From Eledone cirrhosa (lineage: Eukaryota): 64,000 nt of DNA. This document shows, one piece after another, positions 38,001-51,000 of the stretch. Where the stretch lies: contig OZ024740.1 in assembly GCA_964016885.1 (NCBI GenBank), positions 213,838,001 to 213,902,000 on the forward strand. Direction: 5' to 3'. The stretch's first letter is position 1; every line of letters begins with the position of its first letter. Both the position numbers and the translations under genes were made by a program. Under the pieces are notes generated by a model. It saw nothing but the letters and a program-made list of their open reading frames with translations. It had not been told where the DNA came from and ran no database searches.

Positions 38001-40948
38001 ACACAGGCATATGTGCACACAGATACACAGGCATATGTGCACACAGATACACAGGCATATGTGCACACACACAGATACACAGGCATATGTGCACACACAC
38101 AGATACACAGGCATATGTGCACACACACATACACAGGCATATGTGCACACACTAAGATACACAGGCATATGTGCACACACACAGATACACAGGCATATGT
38201 GCACACACACAGATACACATGCATATGTGCACACACACAGATACACAGGCATATGTGCACACACAGATACACAGGCATATGTGCACACACTCAGATAAAC
38301 AGGCATATGTGCACACACTCAGATACACAGGCATATGTGCACACACTCAGATGCACAGGCATATGTGCACACACAGATAAACAGGCATATGTGCACACAC
38401 AGATAAACAGGCATATGTGCACACACAGATACACAGGCATATGTGCACACACACAGATACACAGGCATATGTGCACACACACACACATACACAGGCATAT
38501 GTGCACACACAGATACACAGGCATATATGCACACACACAGATACACAGGCATATGTGCACACACTCAGATACACAGGCATATGTGCACACACAGATACAC
38601 AGGCATATGTGCACACACAGATAAACAGGCATATGTGCACACACACAGATACACAGGCATATGTGCACACACAGATACACAGGCATATGTGCACACACAG
38701 ATACACAGGCATATGTGCACACACACACATACACAGGCATATGTGCACACACAGATACACAGGCATATGTGCACACACACAGATACACAGGCATATGTGC
38801 ACACACTCAGATACACAGGCATATGTGCACACACTCAGATACACAGGCATATGTGCACACACAGATACACAGGCATATATGCACACACACAGATGCACAG
38901 GCATATGTGCACGCACAGATACACAGGCATATGTGCACACACACATACACAGGCATATGTGCACACACAGATACACAGGCATATGTGCACACACACACAT
39001 ACACAGGCATATGTGCACACACACAGATGCACAGGCATATGTGCACACACACAGATGCACAGGCATATGTGCACACACACAGATAAACAGGCATATGTGC
39101 ACACACACATACACAGGCATATGTGCACACACAGATACACAGGCATATGTGCACACACAGATACACAGGCATATGTGCACACACACACATACACAGGCAT
39201 ATGTGCACACACACAGATATACAGGCATATGTGCACACACAGATACACAGGCATATGTGCACACACACAGATACACAGGCATATGTGCACACACACAGAT
39301 GCACAGGCATATGTGCACACACACACAGATACACAGGCATATGTGCACACACAGATACACAGGCATATGTGCACACACACAGATACACAGGCATATGTGC
39401 ACACACAGATACACAGGCATATGTGCACACACACAGATACACAGGCATATGTGCACACACACAGATGCACAGGCATATGTGCACACTCAGATGCACAGGC
39501 ATATGTGCACACTCAGATGCACAGGCATATGTGCACACACAGATATACAGGCATATGTGCACACACACAGATACACAGGCATATGTGCACACACACAGAT
39601 ACACAGGCATATGTGCACACACACAGATATACAGGCATATGTGCACACACAGATACACAGGCATATGTGCACACACACAGATACACAGGCATATGTGCAC
39701 ACACACAGATGCACAGGCATATGTGCACACACACACAGATACACAGGCATATGTGCACACACAGATACACAGGCATATGTGCACACACAGATACACAGGC
39801 ATATGTGCACACACACAGATACACAGGCATATGTGCACACACAGATACACAGGCATATGTGCATACACACAGATACACAGGCATATGTGCACACACACAG
39901 ATATACAGGCATATGTGCACACACAGATGCACAGGCATATGTGCACACACGCAGATACACAGGCATATGTGCACACACACAGATACACAGGCATATGTGC
40001 ACACACACAGATACACAGGCATATGTGCACACACACAGATACACAGGCATATGTGCACACACACAGATACACAGGCATATGTGCACACACACAGATACAC
40101 AGGCATATGTGCACACACACAGATAAACAGGCATATGTGCACACACACAGATACACAGGCATATGTGCACACACACAGATACACAGGCATATGTGCACAC
40201 ACACAGATACACAGGCATATGTGCACACACACAGATACACAGGCATATGTGCACACACACAGATGCACAGGCATATGTGCACACACAGATACACAGGCAT
40301 ATGTGCACACACACAGATACACAGGCATATGTGCACACACACAGATACACAGGCATATGTGCACACACACAGATACACAGGCATATGTGCACACACACAG
40401 ATACACAGGCATATGTGCACACACACAGATACACAGGCATATGTGCACACGCACAGATACACAGGCATATGTGCACACACACAGATGCACAGGCATATGT
40501 GCACACACACAGATACACAGGCATATGTGCACACACACAGATACACAGGCATATGTGCACACACACAGATACACAGGCATATGTGCACACACAGATACAC
40601 AGGCATATGTGCACACACACAGATACACAGGCATATGTGCACACACACAGATACACAGGCATATGTGCACACACACAGATACACATGCATATGTGCACAC
40701 ACTCAGATACACAGGCATATGTGCACACACTCAGATACACAGGCATATGTGCACACACACAGATACACAGGCATATGTGCACACACTCAGATACACAGGC
40801 ATATGTGCACGCACACAGATACACAGGCATATGTGCACACACACAGATACACAGGCATATGTGCACACACTCAGATACACAGGCATATGTGCACGCACAC
40901 AGATACACAGGCATATGTGCACACACAGATACACAGGCACACACATAC
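35083..40948. repeat. 24-30 bp (mostly 26/28) CA-rich minisatellite, about 215 copies (5.9 kb)
   Basis: cagatacacaggcatatgtg(ca)n. Confidence 0.97.
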
Positions 40949-41077
40949 CAGACCTGTACTGAAAGTTGACATTGACAAGCTCCCTAAAGTATAAATGATG
41001 ACCTTGTGCTGATGTAAAAAAGAAACCAACACTGTTAAATATTTCATTTTTTTTTAAATTTTACTTTAACATTTCAG

Positions 41078-41193
41078 CTGTGGGATTTAAAAGCAGGTAA
41101 ATTATTAGCAGATTTAAAAGGACACAAATCTGGTGTCAATGTCGTTGACTTTCATCCTGGTGAGTTATTACTGGCTTCTGGCAGTTCTGATAG
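41078..41193 (+). CDS. KATNB1: KATNB1 coding exon (116 nt)
   Basis: atttcAG|...AG|[44 protein letters not shown](R). Confidence 0.95.
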
Positions 41194-41346
41194 GTAAGTA
41201 CCACTTCTTACCATATTTCTAAACTATTTTAATTAATTAATGAAGAATTTGGGAAGGGTTTACTAAAAATATAATTTCATCAAGATGATATTTGTAACAT
41301 AACAAAATGTTTTCACATAAAATTATGTTGGGAAGTTTAAATTTAA

Positions 41347-41787
41347 CCCTTTAGCATTCACATTACTCTATATATATATATTGTACTTTCACAGTAAAGG
41401 CTTTACCTCACATCATTATCTCACATTATATTGAATCTATAAGGGCGGTGGATTGGCAGTATCGGTGGAGGGTTGGACGCCATGCTTTCCAGCATAGAGT
41501 TATGTCCCTTTACGGTCTGAGTTCAAATCCTGCTGAGGTTAACTTTGCCTTATGTAACTTTGCCCTTACGGGGTAGATAAAATAAAGTACCAGTAATGCA
41601 CTGGGATAATTGCTAGCTTTGTGCCAAAAGTAGAAACAATTATATTGAATCTATGAGATTTTGATGTTGTTATTATTTATTTTGAAAACAATACTTTCAC
41701 ATAAGTATGAGTAGCCGATTACAGCCTGTTTGAACAGAAAGAGGTGAGAGAATTCTGGCCGGATATGGTGGTTTAAATGCTAAAGGG
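41347..41787 (+). mobile_element. piggyBac-type MITE containing a nested SINE
   Basis: TTAA|CCCTTTAGCATT...AATGCTAAAGGG|TTAA. Same family as 17071-17254. Confidence 0.8.
41441..41640 (+). mobile_element. SINE family B, full length, with ~16-bp target-site duplication
   Basis: Flanked on both sides by attatattgaatctat. Confidence 0.85.
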
Positions 41788-42477
41788 TTAAGTAGGAATC
41801 CTTTAAAATGTTTTGTTTCAATGAAAAAAGATAGTTTTGGGCTGGTTGGTTTTGATTTGGAATTTTTCACAATTAGGATTTTATTGTCTTAAAATCATAT
41901 TTCAAATTTAAATATTTCTTTCTGTTTAATTAATTTTCAGATCTTAAATATATTAAATACATTTAGGTTACAAATAGGCAGTGTTGTTAGTCTTCCTCCT
42001 CCTTCCATTTATTCCTGGCAGGGTAATGGAGGTAGAGTGCTTAAGCCCTGTCAGAAGCAACCATCTCCAACTGATCTGGCTAGAGCCCCAAGTGAGCCTA
42101 GCTAAGCATGTTATTAAATGCCTTATGGTATTTGTTCCATCCCTGTACATTCCGAATTCAAATCTCACTGAGGTCAACTTTAACTTTCATCTTTTTAGGA
42201 TTGAGAGATAAAATATCCATTCAGGACAGCAGATTGGTGGTATTATTAGTGCATCAGATGTGATACCTTGTGGTATCTCTTTCAGTCCTTTCTATTCTGA
42301 ATTCACCTGTAATGTCTCTGGTGTCAAAGCATATCAGCCATTGTTGTTCCTTTGCACAACTTTGGTGGTATTGAGAGAGAAGTCAACTGCTTGTCTTCCT
42401 AAACAAAAGAAAAGAAACATGCTCAAGTCAGCAGACACCTGGGCACATGATCCATACAGAGACTCCAGATTAAATAC

Positions 42478-42780
42478 ATTATCATCATCATTTTAATGTC
42501 CACTTCCCTTGCAAGGGCTGGCCAGGTCTATATATACCAAGTCAATAATGAAGTCGGGCTACTGCCCTCCCTGACAGGCTAGTGGTCTGATATCTCACTT
42601 ATGTATGGTCTCGTTCTACCGAGTGCACAGGTGAGGTTGTCATATCTTTGACACAACTAAAGGGTCTTCCCAACCTTTGTTTTGCAAGCTTTCTATAGCT
42701 GGATGCTCTTCCTATCAACCACTTTACAGAGTGTACTGAGTGTGTTTATCATGTAGATCACCAACACTAGGGAGGTTGCT
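42478..42780 (-). mobile_element. Degenerate SINE-A/RTE tail
   Basis: atcatcatcattttaatgtccac...tttctatagctggatgctcttccta..ccactttacagagtgtactg. Confidence 0.6.
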
Positions 42781-43041
42781 TTACCTGGTACAACTGTAGG
42801 GTCCTTTCAACCTTTTTTTTTTTTTTTTTTGTATATATTAAAACATTTCTGTGCTATCCCTGTTTTCTGTAGTCATATAAAATATATTATTTGAATGACT
42901 TAGCTTAATAAATTAATTATTGAAATTCAATATCTGATTGAAAATTGGAAGAAAATAAATAAAAAAAAGTTGTTTTTACCCTCAAAACTGTTTATTTTTC
43001 CTACATGATTCAACACTTTTATATGTATCTTGTTCTTTCAG

Positions 43042-43113
43042 GACTGTTAAATTTTGGGATTTAGAAAATTTTCACTTAGTAAGTTCTACTCCAGAAATAT
43101 CACATGGTGTTGA
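43042..43113 (+). CDS. KATNB1: KATNB1 coding exon (72 nt)
   Basis: ttctttcAG|...GA|GTAAGT. TVKFWDLENFHLVSSTPEISHGV(D). Confidence 0.93.
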
Positions 43114-44088
43114 GTAAGTTTGTTTTTGATTTGATTTCTAAAATATTATTTTAAACATATCATCTTATCTCACCATCCATATATCTTATTATTAACACAA
43201 TATTTCATTTTATCCTCCATATATGGTTTGATAAGTCTGCAATTATACATTTCTCTCTGATAATTTTAAGCCATGAGAGAAGATTATTTGTATTGCTAGG
43301 GCCACTGATTCCAGCATTAGTATTCTTCTGAAAGTGTTTATGACCTTCCCCAATTTCAATTCATATCCTAACATTCCACCCATGCTCTAACACCCTGACC
43401 CCTACACATGTCCCTAGATCTACCTCCCCAATCCCCATGCACTTCCCCCATCAAAATCCCCAGTCCTCACTGAAGTGGTCATGTAGATGTCACAACAAAA
43501 AGTACCCAGTGCACAATGTAAAGTAGTCGTGTGTCACTACAAAAAGTACCCAGTCCACACTGTAAAGTGGTCATGTAGGTGTCACAACAAAATGCACCCA
43601 GCACACATTTCAAGCCAAAGAATGAGGATGAGAGTAGCTCTTTTTTTTGGTGCAAGCATTAATCTTAATGTCTCATTCTATATACAATTGATCATCTCTT
43701 TTCAAATATATTGGGGAGAGGTCATAAATATTTAACTCTTTTCTTGCTGTATTTCTAATGAGAGACCTTATCCACTGTTTTGAAATCATTTTGAAAATAA
43801 TCAAGAATTTAGAAATATTTGGGAATATAATTAATTTTGCTGTCATTAGAATTGTGTTTGGAAGATATCTTAAAGGTTCTTGCATAAAATTATGATAGGA
43901 AATTTTTTAGATAAATATAAAACCAGATGAAGTTCCAGAAGGATCAAATTATTTTATATAAAACGAACTTCTCTTTATTTAATATTTTACCACTAATTCA
44001 AAGTTTCACAGCTATTGTGTGTCACTTTTTACTAATTCTACATTTAAATATATTGTGGCTGTAATATTTGTTTCATTTCCTTTTCTAG

Positions 44089-44239
44089 CAACATACTCTT
44101 CCATCCATCTGGCTCTTGTTTATTTGCTACCAGTGCAAACATGCTACGTGTGTATGGATGGGAACCATATCAATGTTTTGATGAAATTCGGACTAACTGG
44201 GGCAATGCAGCATCTATTTCCTTTACTAACTCACAGTTA
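44089..44239 (+). CDS. KATNB1: KATNB1 coding exon (151 nt); gene continues beyond the window
   Basis: ccttttctAG|...TTA|GTAAGT. NILFHPSGSCLFATSANMLRVYGWEPYQCFDEIRTNWGNAASISFTNSQL contains the characteristic LRVYGWEP..CFD...NWG segment of katanin p80. Confidence 0.95.
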
Positions 44240-44343
44240 GTAAGTGATTTTTTTTGTAATTACATCTTTATATAGTTTTTTGTTTCTCTTTAATCTAATG
44301 GAAAAAAGAATAAAACAAACTTAAAGAAGTGTAGTTAATACAA

Positions 44344-44628
44344 AGTATTGTGAGGTGTGTAATACATGACTATGTTTATATTAGTATAGTTAACAGGAAG
44401 TATTGTGAGGTGTGTAATACATGACTGTTTATATTAGTATAGTTAATAGGAAGTATTGTGAGGTGTGTAATACATGACTATGTTTATATTAGTATAGTTA
44501 ATAGGAAGTATTGTGAGGTTTGTAATACATGACTATGTTTATATTAGTATAGTTAATAGGAAGTATTGTGAGGTGTGTAATACATGACTGTTTATATTAG
44601 TATAGTTAATAGGAAGTATTGTGAGATG
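44344..44628. repeat. 53/55-bp tandem repeat, about 5 copies
   Basis: agtattgtgaggtgtgtaatacatgac(ta)tgtttatattagtatagttaatagga. Confidence 0.9.
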
Positions 44629-45056
44629 TGACTAAGTTTCATTAAGCTGGTACAGTATGGTAGAAATATATAAAAGGCAAAGAATGACAAACAAAACAAA
44701 GTAATGTTTTTACCCAGTATATTTCCAGATAATATTTCAAGGCTAACGCACACTTTTCAAATGTGTTATTTATAGAAAAGGCAATTACTCAGCTTAATTT
44801 TTTCATATATATTATTTTTTATCATAAGTACTCATGGAAATGTCAAATTTTTTAGACCATTTATTTAAGGTAAAAATTATGGGGCCAACAATATTTTCAC
44901 ACTACAATCTAAAATATTGTATCAATAAGCAGAAACTGAAAATGGAAAGCTGTTACTGTCGGCAGATTCTGTTAATAAGCAGGGTGAGTGTATCAAATGT
45001 CAGCTGGTTCAAACCTCCTATCAGGTTACATCACATTAGAGGTTTCTTGGGTGCTT

Positions 45057-48000
45057 TAATGATAATGGCACCAGTCTTATCATCATCATTGTTTAACGTC
45101 TATCTTCCACGCTAGCGGCACCAGTCCTATCATTTAATGATAATGGCACCAGTCCTATCATTTAATGATAATGGCACCAGTCTTATCAGTTAATGATAAT
45201 GGCACCTGTCCTATCAGTTAATGATAATGGCACCAGTCCTATCAGTTAATGATAATGGCACCAGTCCTATCATTTAATGATAATGGCACCAGTCCTATCA
45301 GTTAATGATAATGGCACCAGTCCTATCAGTTAATGATAATGGCACCAGTCCTATCAGTTAATGATAATGGCACTTGTCCTATCATTTAATGATAATGGCA
45401 CCAGTCCTATCATTTAATGATAATGGCACCAGTCCTATCAGTTAATGATAATGGCACCTGTCCTATCATTTAATGATAATGGCACCTGTCCTATCATTTA
45501 ATGATAATGGCACCTGTCTTATCATTTAATGATAATGGCACCAGTCCTATCAGTTAATGATAATGGCACCAGTCCTATCATTTAATGATAATGGCACCTG
45601 TCTTATCAGTTAATTATAATGGCACCTGTCCTATCAGTTAATGATAATGGCACCTGTCCTATCATTTAATGATAATGCCACCAGTCCTATCAGTTAATGA
45701 TAATGGCACCAGTCCTATCATTTAATGATAATGGCACCAGTCCTATCAGTTAATGATAATGGCACCTGTCCTATCAGTTAATGATAATGGCACCAGTCCT
45801 ATCAGTTAATGATAATGGCACCTGTCTTATCAGTTAATGATAATGGCACCTGTCCTATCGTTTAATGATAATGGCACCTGTCCTATCGTTTAATGATGAT
45901 GGCACCTGTCCTATCAGTTAATGATAATGGCACCTGTCCTATCAGTTAATGATAATGGCACCAGTCCTATCGTTTAATGATAATGGCACCTGTCCTATCA
46001 TTTAATGATAATGGCACCTGTCCTATCAGTTAATGATAATGGCACCTGTCCTATCAGTTAATGATAATGGCACCAGTCCTATCGTTTAATGATAATGGCA
46101 CCTGTCTTATCAGTTAATGATAATGGCACCAGTCCTATCGTTTAATGATGATGGCACCTGTCCTATCAGTTAATGATAATGGCACCAGTCCTATCGTTTA
46201 ATGATAATGGCACCTGTCCTATCGTTTAATGATAATGGCACCAGTCCTATCAGTTAATGATAATGGCACTGGTCCTATCATTTAATGATAATGGCACCAG
46301 TCCTATCGTTTAATGATAATGGCACCAGTCCTATCAGTTAATGATAATGGCACCTGTCCTATCGTTTAATGATAATGGCACCAGTCCTATCAGTTAATGA
46401 TAATGGCACTGGTCCTATCATTTAATGATAATGGCACCAGTCCTATCAGTTAATGATAATGGCACCAGTCCTATCAGTTAATGATAATGGCACCAGTCCT
46501 ATCATTTAATGATAATGGCACCTGTCTTATCAGCTAATGATAATGGCACCTGTCCTATCAGTTAATGATAATGGCACCTGTCCTATCAATTAATGCTAAT
46601 GGCACCTGTCCTATCAATTAATGATAATGGCACCTGTCCTATCATTTAATGATAATGGCACCAGTCCTATCATTTAATGATAATGGCACCAGTCCTATCA
46701 GTTAATGATAATGGCACCTGTCTTATCAATTAATGATAATGCCACCTGTCCTATCAGTTAATGATAATGGCACCTGTCCTATCAGTTAATGATAATGGCA
46801 CCTGTCCTATCAGTTAATGATAATGGCACCTGTCCTATCAGTTAATGATAATGGCACCTGTCTTATCAGTTAATGATAATGGCACCTGTCTTATCAGTTA
46901 ATGATAATGGCACCTGTCCTATCAGTTAATGATAATGGCACCAGTCCTATCAGTTAATGATAATGGCACCTGTCCTATCAGTTAATGATAATGGCACCTG
47001 TCTTATCAGTTAATGATAATGGCACCTGTCCTATCAGTTAATGATAATGGCACCTGTCTTATCAGTTAATGATAATGGCACCTGTCCTATCAGTTAATGA
47101 TAATGGCACCTGTCTTATCAGTTAATGATAATGGCACCTGTCTTATCAGTTAATGATAATGGCACCTGTCCTATCAGTTAATGATAATGGCACCTGTCCT
47201 ATCAGTTAATGATAATGGCACCAGTCCTATCAGTTAATGATAATGGCACCTGTCCTATAGTTTAATGATAATGGCACCAGTCCTATCAGTTAATGATAAT
47301 GGCACCTGTCCTATCAGTTAATGATAATGGCACCTGTCTTATCAGTTAATGATAATGGCACCTGTCCTATCAGTTAATGATAATGGCACCAGTCCTATCA
47401 GTTAATGATAATGGCACCTGTCTTATCAGTTAATGATAATGGCACCTGTCTTATCAGTTAATGATAATGGCACCTGTCCTATCAGTTAATGATAATGGCA
47501 CCTGTCCTATCAGTTAATGATAATGGCACCTGTCTTATCAGTTAATGATAATGGCACCAGTCCTATCAGTTAATGATAATGGTACCTGTCCTATCAGTTA
47601 ATGATAATGGCACCTGTCCTATCAGTTAATGATAATGGCACCTGTCCTATCAGTTAATGATAATGGCACCTGTCTTATCAGTTAATGATAATGGCACCTG
47701 TCTTATCAGTTAATGATAATGGCACCTGTCTTATCAGTTAATGATAATGGCACCTGTCTTATCAGTTAATGATAATGGCACCTGTCCTATCAGTTAATGA
47801 TAATGGCACTTGTCCTATCAGTTAATGATAATGGCACCTGTCTTATCAGTTAATGATAATGGCACCTGTCTTATCAGTTAATGATAATGGCACCTGTCCT
47901 ATCAGTTAATGTTAATGGCACCTGTCCTATCAGTTAATGATAATGGCACCTGTCCTATCAGTTAATAATAATGGCACCTGTCCTATCAGTTAATGATAAT

Positions 48001-51000
48001 GGCACCTGTCCTATCAGTTAATGATAATGGCACCTGTCCTATCAGTTAATGATAATGGCACCTGTCCTATCAGTTAATGATAATGGCACCTGTCCTATCA
48101 GTTAATGATAATGGCACCTGTCCTATCAGTTAATGATAATGGCACCTGTCCTATCAGTTAATGATAATGGCACCTGTCCTATCATTTAATGATAATGGCA
48201 CCTGTCCTATCATTTAATGATAATGGCACCAGTCCTATCGTTTAATGATAATGGCACCAGTCCTATCAGTTAATGATAATGGCACCAGTCCTATCATTTA
48301 ATGATAATGGCACCAGTCCTATCAGTTAATGATAATGGCACCAGTCCTATCATTTAATGATAATGGCACCTGTCCTATCAGTTAATGATAATGGCACCAG
48401 TCCTATCAGTTAATGATAATGGCACCAGTCCTATCAGTTAATGATAATGGCACCTGTCCTATCAATTAATGATAATGGCACCTGTCCTATCATTTAATGA
48501 TAATGGCACCAGTCCTATCATTTAATGATAATGGCACCAGTCCTATCAGTTAATGATAATGGCACCTGTCTTATCAATTAATGATAATGGCACCTGTCCT
48601 ATCAGTTAATGATAATGGCACCTGTCTTATCAGTTAATGATAATGGCACCTGTCCTATCAGTTAATGCTAATGACACCTGTCCTATCAATTAATGATAAT
48701 GGCACCAGTCCTATCAGTTAATGATAATGGCACCTGTCTTATCAATTAATGATAATGGCACCAGTCCTATCAGTTAATGATAATGGCACCAGTCTTATCA
48801 GTTAATGATAATGGCACCTGTCCTATCGTTTAATGATAATGGCACCTGTCCTATCGTTTAATGATGATGGCACCTGTCCTATCAGTTAATGATAATGGCA
48901 CCTGTCCTATCAGTTAATGATAATGGCACCAGTCCTATCGTTTAATGATAATGGCACCTGTCCTATCATTTAATGATAATGGCACCTGTCCTATCAGTTA
49001 ATGATAATGGCACCTGTCCTATCAGTTAATGATAATGGCACCTGTCCTATCAGTTAATGATAATGGCACCAGTCCTATCGTTTAATGATAATGGCACCTG
49101 TCTTATCAGTTAATGATAATGGCACCAGTCCTATCGTTTAATGATGATGGCACCTGTCCTATCAGTTAATGATAATGGCACCAGTCCTATCGTTTAATGA
49201 TAATGGCACCTGTCCTATCATTTAATGATAATGGCACCAGTCCTATCGTTTAATGATAATGGCACCAGTCCTATCAGTTAATGATAATGGCACCAGTCCT
49301 ATCGTTTAATGATAATGGCACCAGTCCTATCAGTTAATGATAATGGCACTGGTCCTATCATTTAATGATAATGGCACCAGTCCTATCAGTTAATGATAAT
49401 GGCACCAGTCCTATCATTTAATGATAATGGCACCTGTCTTATCAGTTAATGATAATGGCACCTGTCCTATCAGTTAATGATAATGGCACCTGTCCTATCA
49501 ATTAATGCTAATGGGACCAGTCCTATCATTTAATGATAATGGCACCAGTCCTATCAGTTAATGATAATGGCACCAGTCCTATCAGTTAATGATAATGGCA
49601 CCTGTCCTATCAATTAATGATAATGGCACCTGTCCTATCATTTAATGATAATGGCACCAGTCCTATCATTTAATGATAATGGCACCAGTCCTATCAGTTA
49701 ATGATAATGGCACCCGTCTTATCAATTAATGATAATGCCACCTGTCTTATCAGTTAATGATAATGGCACCTGTCCTATCAGTTAATGATAATGGCACCTG
49801 TCTTATCAGTTAATGATAATGGCACCTGTCTTATCAGTTAATGATTATGGCACCTGTCTTATCAGTTAATGATAATGGCACCTGTCCTATCAGTTAATGA
49901 TAATGGCACCTGTCTTATCAGTTAATGATAATGGCACCTGTCTTATCAGTTAATGATAATGGCACCTGTCCTATCAGTTAATGATAATGGCACCAGTCCT
50001 ATCAGTTAATGATAATGGCACCTGTCCTATAGTTTAATGATAATGGCACCAGTCCTATCAGTTAATGATAATGGCACCTGTCCTATCAGTTAATGATAAT
50101 GGCACCTGTCTTATCAGTTAATGATAATGGCACCTGTCCTATCAGTTAATGATAATGGCACCTGTCTTATCAGTTAATGATAATGGCACCTGTCTTATCA
50201 GTTAATGATAATGGCACCTGTCCTATCAGTTAATGATAATGGCACCTGTCTTATCAGTTAATGATAATGGCACCTGTCTTATCAGTTAATGATAATGGCA
50301 CCTGTCTTATCAGTTAATGATAATGGCACCTGTCTTATCAGTTAATGATAATGGCACCTGTCTTATCAGTTAATGATAATGGCACCTGTCCTATCAGTTA
50401 ATGATAATGGCACCTGTCCTATCAGTTAATGGCACCTGTCTTATCAGTTAATGATAATGGCACCTGTCTTATCAGTTAATGATAATGGCACCTGTCTTAT
50501 CAGTTAATGATAATGGCACCTGTCCTATCAGTTAATGATAATGGCACCTGTCCTATCAGTTAATGATAATGGCACCTGTCCTATCAGTTAATGATAATGG
50601 CACCTGTCTTATCAGTTAATGATAATGGCACCTGTCCTATCAGTTAATGATAATGGCACCTGTCCTATCAGTTAATGATAATGGCACCTGTCCTATCAGT
50701 TAATGATAATGGCACCAGTCCTATCAGTTAATGATAATGGCACCTGTCCTATCAGTTAATGATAATGGCACCAGTCCTATCGTTTAATGATAATGGCACC
50801 TGTCCTATCATTTAATGATAATGGCACCTGTTTTATCAGTTAACGATAATGGCACCAGTCCTATCATTTAATGATAATGGCACCTGTCTTATCAGTTAAC
50901 AATAATGGCACCAGTCTTATCATTTAATGATAATGGCACCTGTCCTATCAGTTAATGATAATGGCACCTGTCCTATCAGTTAATGATAATGGCACCTGTC

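Noticed and set aside
35025-40994. Dozens of His/Cys/Thr-rich ORFs up to 1034 aa
   Set aside because: Artefacts of a CA-rich minisatellite that is nearly stop-free in all six frames.
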